A stretch of 64,000 nt of DNA from an uncultured virus (IMG/VR IMGVR_UViG_3300045825_000547) (taxonomy: Duplodnaviria > Heunggongvirae > Uroviricota > Caudoviricetes), in IMG/VR virus record IMGVR_UViG_3300045825_000547. One strand, given 5' to 3'. Shown piece after piece: positions 55,743 to 64,000 of the stretch. The number at the start of each line of letters is the position of its first letter. Positions within the stretch are counted from its first letter, which is position 1. The notes under the pieces were generated by a model. That model saw only the letters and a list, made by a program, of their open reading frames with translations. It was not told where the DNA came from and did not search any database. Position numbers and translations under genes: made by a program.

Positions 55743-56393
55743 ATGGACGCAATTCTTTTATCACTTATTCACTCTATGCAGTCCAGTCTGCAAAAGGAAA
55801 TCTTCTACGTTGTGATGCTTATTTGTCTGTGGATTGTTACGGATACAATAGGGAAAATTAGAAAGTTCCTAGAGAATAGAAAGAAGAAAAAGACAGCTAA
55901 GTTTGAGTACTCTTTAGCAAAACATAATAAGATAGAAAGTACATTATATGATCTCCTTTACGCAGCAGATGCGGACAGAGTGTATCTAGCACAACTCCAT
56001 AACGGAGAAATAACTTCGGCTAAGATGCACATGTATAAAGTGAGTGTAAGCCACGAGGTGTGTAGGCCTGGTGTGAGTAGAGAAAAAGACAGTATTAAAA
56101 ATATCCAAGTTCAAGACCATTTAAAAGCTATGAACATATTAGTTAGGAAAGATATCATAGCTGTTGATGATGTGGGGGGATTGCAGCCCAACCTAACTCG
56201 TGCTTTACTACAGTCGCTGAATGTGAGTAGTGGCCTCTATATGGCGATAAGAGATAGAGAACAAACCATGGTAGGTTTTCTAGCTCTAGAGTTTGTGGAC
56301 ACCCCGTTTCCTGTTAAGGTGAGTGAAGATAAGGAATTAACGAAGTTATTCCAAAGAGAAGCTTCTATTCTTCAGCTTAATTTATTGGATTAA
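55743..56393 (+). CDS. Membrane-anchored GAF-like protein, possible holin
   Basis: One TM helix then basic patch and ADRVYLAQLHNG...VGFLALEF GAF-like region; architecture recalls T4 holin T; start moved to ATG 55743. Confidence 0.45.
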   Translation: MDAILLSLIHSMQSSLQKEIFYVVMLICLWIVTDTIGKIRKFLENRKKKKTAKFEYSLAKHNKIESTLYDLLYAADADRVYLAQLHNGEITSAKMHMYKVSVSHEVCRPGVSREKDSIKNIQVQDHLKAMNILVRKDIIAVDDVGGLQPNLTRALLQSLNVSSGLYMAIRDREQTMVGFLALEFVDTPFPVKVSEDKELTKLFQREASILQLNLLD

Positions 56394-56409
56394 AAGGAAA
56401 TTTAAGAGC

Positions 56410-56988
56410 ATGAGTGAAATTCAAGGAACCCCTATTGTCCCAGTCCCTAGTGGAAACCTTTCTAAGGGAAGTGCATTTGATGATTCAACCGAGCCACTCT
56501 CTATAAATAGATATGGTGTTAGGAATGTTTCTTTTGATGGAAAAACTGCAGATCATATAGATTGGCAACACATTAGGAAGATTGAAGTAGATGTGGACGA
56601 GGCTAGATTTTTCCTTTATAACGGAATGGTGGGTACTAGTGGGCACTCTATAGATTTAGATAAAGATTCTCAGGAATCTTCCACACTTTCTTGGTATAAA
56701 ACCTTAGAAGGCTTTTTAATTCTTTGGTCTCTCCAGTCTGCTCCTTGGTTTAAGATGAAGGATGGACGTACTGTGTATTCCTTTGGTGTGCCTAGAATAA
56801 TCTGGCTTACTGGTAGTAAATATATTAAGAAAACCAAGAATGCTGCTGGTGCTAGGGCTGCGTTGTATAATCAAATAGGGTTGGACACACAGAAAAGTGG
56901 TGAGATATTTGCTTACCATGATGAGGCTTGGACAGCTCTGGCAAACTATCAAAATGAACAACAAAAACAGGAGGCCGTTCCAGTATGA
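56410..56988 (+). CDS. Hypothetical protein
   Basis: 192-aa ORF in head operon. Confidence 0.65.
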   Translation: MSEIQGTPIVPVPSGNLSKGSAFDDSTEPLSINRYGVRNVSFDGKTADHIDWQHIRKIEVDVDEARFFLYNGMVGTSGHSIDLDKDSQESSTLSWYKTLEGFLILWSLQSAPWFKMKDGRTVYSFGVPRIIWLTGSKYIKKTKNAAGARAALYNQIGLDTQKSGEIFAYHDEAWTALANYQNEQQKQEAVPV

Positions 56989-57788
56989 CGTTCCAAAACC
57001 CGCTAGAAGAGATGGCACATAATATTGCAACATCTCTTATTTCACAGAAGAGTGCAGGACAAGGCATTGCTGAGTCACTTAGCGCTTCTATAGCAAAAAC
57101 TGCACAAAGTCAAAATTTATCATTAGATGCCCGTGCTACTTTAATTCCTTTAGTGAATAAAGCATATTTAAACCAAACTGGTGCGGATGAGTTCGAGAGA
57201 GCGACCCCAGAGAGTGTGGCGCAATTCCTTTATGGAAACCAAAAGAGTGCTTCTATGGAAACATATCATTATAAAGAATTTGAAGCTGTTCCTACGCCCA
57301 TGGATCAGGCCGGATTCAGAAAGGCTGCGTCGCAAGACCCTTCTTTTTCTAATCCAGGTGTCAGAATGAACGTGGCGAAAACTCTTCAAGCTATGAGCTA
57401 TGAAGACCAAGTGGGCGCTTATCACAACATGCTTAGAGCAAAGAGTGCTAGTGAGACTTGGTTCGAGAAAGCTGCATCTACCATAGATAATTTAAAAATG
57501 TACGGCGTAGACTCGTCTTTCATTAGCAATGCTATTTGGCAAGAAGAGAATGGTGCGAGAGATCTCCAAGAAGTGGCTTGTGCTATGTTTGAGAGAAGCC
57601 CTCGTACAAAGAGTGCATCGTTCGCGTCGCCTGCTCAGTTAGAATTAATGGGTAAGCAGTTATACAACGAGGTGGGTGAATTTATGGAAGCTTATGGCAA
57701 CTATAAACATGCATCGGAAGTGTTGGCTGGAAAAACAGAGATTCATGCTTCTATCAAGAAGAGAGGCGAGGTGATAGTTAATGCCTAG
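56985..57788 (+). CDS. Putative head/internal protein with many KxA(S) sites
   Basis: QKSAG, AKTAQ, QKSAS, RKAAS, AKSAS, EKAAS, TKSAS, YKHAS. Confidence 0.7.
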   Translation: MTFQNPLEEMAHNIATSLISQKSAGQGIAESLSASIAKTAQSQNLSLDARATLIPLVNKAYLNQTGADEFERATPESVAQFLYGNQKSASMETYHYKEFEAVPTPMDQAGFRKAASQDPSFSNPGVRMNVAKTLQAMSYEDQVGAYHNMLRAKSASETWFEKAASTIDNLKMYGVDSSFISNAIWQEENGARDLQEVACAMFERSPRTKSASFASPAQLELMGKQLYNEVGEFMEAYGNYKHASEVLAGKTEIHASIKKRGEVIVNA

Positions 57789-58569
57789 AAGCGATTATCA
57801 AAGGAAAGAAGCTCTTTTTGGTGTAGGTGCTATAGAGGGTTATGGTGCATACCAAGCTGCTCAAATGGTTCCTAAAGCTATGGAGTTTTTCACCGGGGCT
57901 AACACTGTTGCAGGGTTAGCAGAAAAGATTAAAGCCCTTACCCCAACCGGCCGTGCGTTAAACAAAGCTTATCATGAAAGAGGCTTGGCTAACTCTGCTA
58001 GTGCTAAAATATTAGAGATGAGCCAGAACTTCAAAGCTCTTGGTATTAACCCGCAGGATGCAGCGAGTGTAGCTAAAGCCTACGAAAGTAGTGTGAAAGC
58101 GCAACAAGCTACGCATGAGTTAGAGAGAGCAAATTCTCTAATCGGCAGGTTCAGTAAATCAACAGCAGGGCAACTCTCTATCCCTGTGTTGGCTATGGGT
58201 GCTGTGAGTGGTGGTGCTCTTGCTGCTAGGAAGATGATGAATGTTCTTGGTGCGGCAGGGGTGAATGTGGATCCTAGTGCAAGGATTGCGGCGAGAGTGG
58301 GGGTAGATAGAGTTATTCAGGCGAAACCTGAGTTGGGGAGTTATCCTCGTCAACAGGTAGAGTCGATATATATGAATATCTTCAACCATAGTCCGGAATT
58401 AGCAAAAGACCCTTTCACTATGGCAACTACAATAGAGAGAGTTCTTCAGATGGGCGGTGCTGACACGTCTGTATTGAAAGATTTAAGTGAATACCAAAAG
58501 TCAGTTGGTCAGCCAGAAAGAGACCAGGCGGATTTATTCCAAATGGGTAATAGTATTTTTAGGAGATAA
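57781..58569 (+). CDS. Putative virion protein (KxA leader)
   Basis: YQRKEAL leader; head operon. Confidence 0.65.
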   Translation: MPRSDYQRKEALFGVGAIEGYGAYQAAQMVPKAMEFFTGANTVAGLAEKIKALTPTGRALNKAYHERGLANSASAKILEMSQNFKALGINPQDAASVAKAYESSVKAQQATHELERANSLIGRFSKSTAGQLSIPVLAMGAVSGGALAARKMMNVLGAAGVNVDPSARIAARVGVDRVIQAKPELGSYPRQQVESIYMNIFNHSPELAKDPFTMATTIERVLQMGGADTSVLKDLSEYQKSVGQPERDQADLFQMGNSIFRR

Positions 58570-58575
58570 AATCTT

Positions 58576-59244
58576 ATGTACAACAACGCGCTTTTAAACT
58601 TAGCTCTTCAAACAAAAGAAGCAGCAGTAAACACTTCAGGAACACAGGTTCTTCCATACCAAATTGTTCCGTCAGCAGCTAATGGATTGTATGATCCATC
58701 TGATGCTAACGCTATGTATTCTCAATTAACAAATGCGAGAGTAGATGCAAACTTTCAAAGAGTATTGGGAAATGATGTGAACCCTGGTAACTCTGGAACA
58801 GATTTAATTCCTTATGCTGGTGTATTAAACCAAGGCTACAACACAGTGAACTGGGCAACAACCAGAGCACAATCTCCTATAGGAAAAGCTGCTAGTCAAG
58901 AAGACTACGTGTATGCATTCCAAAAGGCAGCAAGTGTGTTAGAGTATCAAGGTGTTGATCCTTACACAGTAGATCCAAACTACTTAGCAGCTTTAGAAGA
59001 AGAATTAGATGCCACTCCTTCGCAAGAAGCATGGGAAACAGGAATGTTTGAACATGAAGCTTTAGTTCCTACATATGGCGAAATGGATATTATAGATGAC
59101 AGAGCTCAAAAATCTGCATCTATGGATGTTTATGAGTTAGGTGCTTCTATGGCGAACGAAGGAATCTTAGATCTTCAAGAGATCAACGAAGGAAACCCTT
59201 ACGTTTCTCAGTACATAATGGCTAGATTAAGCGGACAGTTATAA
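58576..59244 (+). CDS. Putative head/scaffold protein (KxA sites)
   Basis: TKEAA, GKAAS, QKAAS, QKSAS. Confidence 0.65.
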   Translation: MYNNALLNLALQTKEAAVNTSGTQVLPYQIVPSAANGLYDPSDANAMYSQLTNARVDANFQRVLGNDVNPGNSGTDLIPYAGVLNQGYNTVNWATTRAQSPIGKAASQEDYVYAFQKAASVLEYQGVDPYTVDPNYLAALEEELDATPSQEAWETGMFEHEALVPTYGEMDIIDDRAQKSASMDVYELGASMANEGILDLQEINEGNPYVSQYIMARLSGQL

Positions 59245-59246
59245 TA

Positions 59247-60938
59247 ATGACTCAAGCCTATGCTGAAGGAGGAGCTTCCTCCCTCTATTTCCAAAAGACT
59301 ATTGATCTCACTGACGACTTCGGTTTTGACAGAGGGAAAGGAGAAACACGTATTTCTCCAATGGTCTATGGAAATAAGCAGCATGGGTTTGAGTTAGACG
59401 ACCGCCTTTCAAAAACAGCAGCGTGTGATGAAGCCTTAGATTTCGCTTCAAGAATCCAGCCTATCCCCGGAGCAAGAGTGATTCTTGTATCTGCTATGGG
59501 TAGTTCGGATGCATGGGGTGTGAATAAGAAGGGAGACACCTTTCCTGAATCGGGCTTGCTGGGCATGCTCCCGAAAGACGTGGAAATGGCGTTTTTTAAT
59601 TCTCACAAAGAGCGTTTGCCTAGAGAATGGGGGATTTCCCTTTTCCCTACAAAGCATAATGCGGCGGGTGCCCAGATTGGTGGTGGAAACACATTCCACG
59701 AGCATAATAATCGTCCTTCTAAGCTCCCTGGTGGGATTTATGGTAAGCCTGGATCAGATGTTAGGTGTGGTGATATTCTAGCTGCGTTCTGGAACCCCAG
59801 AATGAGCAGGGTGGAGCTTATCCAAACAGTTTGGGAAAGAAAACTACCCCACATAGTGAGAATGATTGATGAAGGGTTCCTTCCGGGAATCTCTATGGCG
59901 TGTGATGTTCCGTTTGACCGTTGTACCATTTGTGGAAATTTAGCAATTAATGATTTCTCTTATTGCAGGCATTTGCAAAGAACAAATGGAATGAGAGGGA
60001 AACTTCTCGGTGATAAATTGATTGCAATGATCAATGACTTCCCTTTGTTGTTTGATAGTTCGATAGTGGCACATCCTGCTGCTGTGGAGGGCCGAACACT
60101 AAGAAAGATAGCCTCAATTCCTGGCAACCCTCTGGCTCTAGCTAAAGAAGCTGCAGCCCTATCCCCCGTTCCCTCTTTCCCGTCTCGTCCCTATTCATAT
60201 GAACAACAGAAACTAGCGTCTACTATCGTGAAGCTTCGTGCGAGTGAGCCCGAGTTTCCTGCTTATGTGATGGATTTCTTTCGTTCTAATGGACTAGTGA
60301 AGAGTGCTAAGGAACTCGCAACTGTAGGGATAAGCTTGAAAGGGAAAGAGATAGGACAACTATTGTTTCCTACTTCTAAAACTGCGGGATTGAGTGGTGA
60401 GATAGCTGATGCTGTGTTGCCAATGGTGTTGCACCAAAGAATTAATTTAGAACTATCTAATCCGCAAGCACTTGCTAATAACCCTGTTCTTACAGGTAGC
60501 AAGCAGGCTAGTGGAGTTGCTGGCAAAAGTGCCAGCATGGTTGAGAGAGATGCCGCAACACAAACCATGAGAGTGGTAGGTCCATGGATTCCTATGAGAA
60601 GCTATGCTCCTGCTATAATTCCCGGTAGGGTGGCTGCGGATTCATCTCCTTCTAGGATGATAGATCTTAACCAACCGCTTCACGGATTAAGTGATGAAAC
60701 TAAGGCAATTCTCCTTACAAGAATCCTAAGTGATTCTCAGATTGTTTCCCATCTGCATGATGTGTTGGTGAGACCAGTGATTCTGTGGGAACTCCAAAAG
60801 ATGGGGCTTACAGGAAACAGTGATCAACCTGTAGCACCGGAAAGTGTGGGAATTCTAGGGGAAATGCACAAAGGATACGAAAAAGATTTAGGGATAGCAA
60901 GGGCAAAGTTTTTTGCATCGCACCCAGGAAATTCATAG
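59247..60938 (+). CDS. Prohead (capsid maturation) serine protease with Zn-binding insert
   Basis: FHEH (His), GISMAC (Ser), CTIC...CRH, DSSIVAHPA resembling the HK97/herpes-type E/DxSxVxxPA motif; upstream of capsid genes. Confidence 0.75.
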   Translation: MTQAYAEGGASSLYFQKTIDLTDDFGFDRGKGETRISPMVYGNKQHGFELDDRLSKTAACDEALDFASRIQPIPGARVILVSAMGSSDAWGVNKKGDTFPESGLLGMLPKDVEMAFFNSHKERLPREWGISLFPTKHNAAGAQIGGGNTFHEHNNRPSKLPGGIYGKPGSDVRCGDILAAFWNPRMSRVELIQTVWERKLPHIVRMIDEGFLPGISMACDVPFDRCTICGNLAINDFSYCRHLQRTNGMRGKLLGDKLIAMINDFPLLFDSSIVAHPAAVEGRTLRKIASIPGNPLALAKEAAALSPVPSFPSRPYSYEQQKLASTIVKLRASEPEFPAYVMDFFRSNGLVKSAKELATVGISLKGKEIGQLLFPTSKTAGLSGEIADAVLPMVLHQRINLELSNPQALANNPVLTGSKQASGVAGKSASMVERDAATQTMRVVGPWIPMRSYAPAIIPGRVAADSSPSRMIDLNQPLHGLSDETKAILLTRILSDSQIVSHLHDVLVRPVILWELQKMGLTGNSDQPVAPESVGILGEMHKGYEKDLGIARAKFFASHPGNS

Positions 60939-60948
60939 GAGAATAAAA

Positions 60949-61887
60949 ATGAGCTTTTCTAATTCAAAATTGGATTCGTTTGTTCAAGAAGTTTTGCAAG
61001 GCAATGGCTTGAACAAATCGGCAAGTGTGGGTTATGCTCCGCCTGTTGAGAATAATCAATCTGTTGTAGATGCCGTGAACAAAGCGTATTCCCATCTCAC
61101 CCAAGAAGAAGTGAGTATGGCTGACACTTTAGGGTTCATGGAAGCTGCTAACACAGTGAAACAAGCAAACTATATTAATGAACAAATTGGAGGAGAAAGA
61201 AACATGAGTTTCTATAATCAATCACAAAACCCATATTTAGTGAACAAATCAGCTACTGCTGCGCCCGCAGACGCAGCTAGTATACTTAGTAAAATAAAAG
61301 GCGGCGCAGAGTCTGTATACACCGGTATGAAAACCGCACCGGGAGCTATACATGCAGGTGCTGAGGGAGCGGGGGGTTACATTACTAAAAAAATGAGAGA
61401 TGCTTACCAACTTGGTGCAGGCGAGAGCAGAAGAGTTGTTCCAGATAAAGTAAACAAAACTCTTGAGTACTTGGAAGGTCATAAGCATGCTGTAGGTTAC
61501 GGTGTAGCTGGTGCTGGTGCTGCTGCTTTAGCTGGTGCAGGTCTTTTAGGTCACAAAATGGTTCGTCAAAGACAAGCTATGCAAAAAGCTAAATTAGAGC
61601 AATCAATTGGTGCTAACGTGTTAGGCCATTTAGGTCGTCATGCTGGTAAGTATGCGCTTGGTGCAGGTATTTTAGGTGCTGGTGCTTTAGCTTACAATAG
61701 CAAAGCTGCGTCTGATGAAGCTTACTTAATGGAGCATGCTGCACAAGTTGGAGAAGAATTCATCCAAAAATTAGCATCACAAGCTTACGAGAACGCTTTA
61801 GTTAATGAACTTCAGTTGTTCAGAGAAGCTGCTATAGATGATGTGACTGCACAACAGGCTTACTATGGCAAGGGCTACGGCTATTAA
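60949..61887 (+). CDS. Putative virion protein (KxA sites, Gly-zipper segments)
   Basis: NKSAS, VKQAN, NKSAT, SKAAS, QKLAS; start moved to ATG 60949 (SD aggag). Confidence 0.7.
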   Translation: MSFSNSKLDSFVQEVLQGNGLNKSASVGYAPPVENNQSVVDAVNKAYSHLTQEEVSMADTLGFMEAANTVKQANYINEQIGGERNMSFYNQSQNPYLVNKSATAAPADAASILSKIKGGAESVYTGMKTAPGAIHAGAEGAGGYITKKMRDAYQLGAGESRRVVPDKVNKTLEYLEGHKHAVGYGVAGAGAAALAGAGLLGHKMVRQRQAMQKAKLEQSIGANVLGHLGRHAGKYALGAGILGAGALAYNSKAASDEAYLMEHAAQVGEEFIQKLASQAYENALVNELQLFREAAIDDVTAQQAYYGKGYGY

Positions 61888-62000
61888 TGATATAATGAAG
61901 GTATGAGAATTGGATTAGATTCTCTGGGTAGGAGGAACGGAAGTTCTTCTACAATCCCTAAAAGCTCGCGCTAGTCGTGAGAGTAGTCACAATAAGAAAA
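61888..62000 (+). promoter_or_regulatory. Extended -10 promoter and structured 5' leader of the capsid operon
   Basis: TGATATAAT (61888-61896) then hairpins gagaat/attctc, gtaggaggaac-GGAA-gttcttctac, ctcgcg/cgtgag. Confidence 0.6.
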
Positions 62001-62021
62001 GAACTTTAGAGGAGAAACAAG

Positions 62022-62210
62022 ATGGATAATGAACTAATACACGCACTGCAAGGTGTTCAAAGCTCTTTAGTTCAGCTTGCCGCGATGGAAAATCAAAAGC
62101 AAGCAAGTTCTTCTAGCTCAGAACCTACCACTTTAAAGATAAGCGCTATGGGGATTGTTAAACAAGCCTCTTATGCAAAATATCTTGATGCTTTCCAAGC
62201 GAAAGGATAA
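62022..62210 (+). CDS. Small putative scaffold/head protein (KxA sites)
   Basis: QKQAS, VKQAS; SD gaggag. Confidence 0.65.
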   Translation: MDNELIHALQGVQSSLVQLAAMENQKQASSSSSEPTTLKISAMGIVKQASYAKYLDAFQAKG

Positions 62211-62225
62211 GGCGGAGGCTCAACT

Positions 62226-62561
62226 ATGAGAAAAGGAGATCTTTTAATCAAAGCAGCTAGTGATATTCAGAGAATTATAAACTCAATCAGTTCGAGAAGC
62301 TACGCTACCCAAAAGGCTGCTAGTATGGTGGCTGACGGAGCGATTAACGACGCTGACCAAGAGAATTTTTCAAACCTATTTGCGGGTAGAAGCCAAGAGG
62401 AAATTAATTTAGCCTCTCAGGCAATCGGACTAGCGACTGGGAAATCCCATTCTGGGTGGGGAGTAGCAGATGAAGCATCATCGTCAGGTGGAGATTCATT
62501 TGATCCAGACAATAGATATGCAAGACTGGACGCTATCATTATGAGTGGCGGTCAATTCTAG
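62226..62561 (+). CDS. Putative head scaffolding protein (KxA sites)
   Basis: IKAAS, QKAAS; SD ggagg; position before decoration/capsid genes. Confidence 0.6.
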   Translation: MRKGDLLIKAASDIQRIINSISSRSYATQKAASMVADGAINDADQENFSNLFAGRSQEEINLASQAIGLATGKSHSGWGVADEASSSGGDSFDPDNRYARLDAIIMSGGQF

Positions 62562-62573
62562 GAGGATAAATTA

Positions 62574-63248
62574 ATGAGTGGAATTTCTTTCGGATTACCC
62601 TTGAATAGTGGTAGACCATCATCAAAAGATGTAACCAGATTCGAGCTACAGGGTCCAGGACCAAAAGATATTAAAAACATGCCTGTTTCCTTAGATGGTC
62701 TCACAAGAGGCTTAGGAACTAACGGTGTGGTTGGGGGAACTTATCCTGCCAAACTTGAAGATGGTTATTTCTTCAGACGTAAGACTGTTAGTGGTGCAGA
62801 TTATGGTATTGATGCAACTGTTGGTGGGCCTTTCAGACCTGCTAGAGGAACATCATTCTTTGATTACGCTACCAATGCTGACCCGTCGCTTGGTCCTGTT
62901 TACCTCTACTTCGGTGCGTTAAACGGAACTACAAGTGGAGATGATAACCCACCTTTCCTTGATTACCCAACAAACGCAGTTCCTAACCCGAACTACGAGC
63001 CAGGAGCTTACCACTCTGAAGCTATTACTGGTTACCAAGGATTAGTAGATGCTTGGGTGCCTTTAAGATGTGTTCAAGAAGCAAATCTTACTGGTTATGT
63101 GGTAGGTGCGGATGTAACTGTACAAAAAGGAAGACTTAAATTAGCTGTTAGTGGTGACGCTATAGTTGGTGCTGTTGAAGATGTATTCAGTACTGTTAAG
63201 GTTCTTATCAAGTTTAATATTAGTGGTGTTCTTAAGATAAAACCTTAA
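62574..63248 (+). CDS. Putative capsid decoration/minor capsid protein
   Basis: Directly upstream of capsid gene; C-term YVVGADVTVQKGRLKLAVSGDAIVGAVE. Confidence 0.5.
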   Translation: MSGISFGLPLNSGRPSSKDVTRFELQGPGPKDIKNMPVSLDGLTRGLGTNGVVGGTYPAKLEDGYFFRRKTVSGADYGIDATVGGPFRPARGTSFFDYATNADPSLGPVYLYFGALNGTTSGDDNPPFLDYPTNAVPNPNYEPGAYHSEAITGYQGLVDAWVPLRCVQEANLTGYVVGADVTVQKGRLKLAVSGDAIVGAVEDVFSTVKVLIKFNISGVLKIKP

Positions 63249-63346
63249 TTCTCTACTAGGAACAACCCGCTGAAAAGCGGGCAGTGGTCCTCTGAGAAAG
63301 GACAAACAAAAACAAATTGAAACGAGACACATTAGGAGGAAATCTG

Positions 63347-64000
63347 ATGAGCGATTATTTATCAGCTTCAACAGGATCAGTAGACGCAAGATTGTATAAT
63401 AACAACATGTTGAACCAATTGAAGCACGGAATGGGTCCAGAAAAGATGGCTGGCTTATTCAACCAAGACATTATCATGAAAGTTTTACACGAGGACGGGT
63501 TAGCAAGAAGACTCTTCTCTACAAAACCGATCACACCTGATCAATTGGATTTCGACCCAGCGAACCCAGATGTTCCTACAAAGTTCGAACCAATAGAAGA
63601 TCCGTTAAATTCATATTTAGTGAATTCTACAGATTATATGCAACCTACAGAAGATCTTTGGTTTAAATCAAAGTACTTCAAAGTTACATTCCTCCCAATG
63701 ATCTCTAGAAAGCTTAAAATGACTGAAACACAGATCATGGCTGCTAAATATCCTATTCGTCAATATATCGAAGCACAAATTAAGAATGATTTCTTAGCTG
63801 CAGAAGATTTTATGATGATTGACAGATTTGAGAGATGTATTAAGGCAACTACAATGCAAACCTCTTACACTGGTACTGCTTCTGGTTTATTCGAGAAAGA
63901 GCATATCATGAAATTATTAAAAATGTTCCCAAGACAAAAATTGGCAGCAGATAGATTAATAATCCATGAGAACACCTTCTACGATATAATCGGATGGAAC
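63347..64000 (+). CDS. Major capsid protein, N-terminal 218 aa (runs off window; not in ORF track)
   Basis: SD taggagg; open frame MSDYLSAST...EKMAG...HEDGLARRL...PIRQYIEAQIKNDFLAAED; gene order protease-scaffold-decoration-capsid. Confidence 0.75.
   Translation, partial: MSDYLSASTGSVDARLYNNNMLNQLKHGMGPEKMAGLFNQDIIMKVLHEDGLARRLFSTKPITPDQLDFDPANPDVPTKFEPIEDPLNSYLVNSTDYMQPTEDLWFKSKYFKVTFLPMISRKLKMTETQIMAAKYPIRQYIEAQIKNDFLAAEDFMMIDRFERCIKATTMQTSYTGTASGLFEKEHIMKLLKMFPRQKLAADRLIIHENTFYDIIGWN

Noticed and set aside
63319..63352. Hammerhead ribozyme (GAAA ... CTGATGA) at the capsid start
   Set aside because: Stems I and III cannot be formed; CTGATGA simply overlaps the start codon.
1..64000. CRISPR array, tRNA, rRNA, or stop-codon reassignment
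   Set aside because: No regularly spaced repeats or cloverleafs noticed by eye (a tRNAscan/Infernal run would be decisive); conserved genes are intact in code 11 and end in TAA, TAG or TGA.

Overview
This is a 64-kb segment of a large tailed dsDNA (jumbo-type) phage genome, translated with the standard bacterial code. It encodes a multisubunit-type RNA polymerase split in an unusual way: a beta+N-terminal beta' fusion at 49191-55679 carrying two inteins, and a separate C-terminal beta' at 27764-29578. It also encodes a terminase large subunit, a head module (prohead protease, scaffold/internal proteins, start of the likely major capsid protein), DNA-metabolism genes (intein-containing class II RNR, ThyX-like, Tmk, dUTPase, DEDDh exonuclease, RNase H, Rad52/Sak-like annealase), cell-wall enzymes, and arrays of small paralogous hypothetical genes. 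Main observations from reading the sequence: (1) a bipartite motif, NG(G/T)(A/T)A(A/T)T-N13-TTGGCATAAG, occurs in 7 copies with identical spacing and is a likely phage-RNAP promoter; (2) one copy lies inside the RNAP active-site intein, overlapping a perfect TTGACA-N17-TATAAT promoter and followed by an RBS and in-frame ATG, so the intein appears to carry its own expression cassette for its LAGLIDADG endonuclease; (3) that intein has atypical Ser1...Phe-Asp ends; (4) a ~380-bp non-coding element with a perfect 28-bp inverted repeat occurs twice; (5) a K-x-A(S) motif and shared N-terminal leader mark putative virion proteins; (6) a >=14-member 'WY...AExL' small-protein family. All functional calls come from motifs recognised by eye; no database searches were run.
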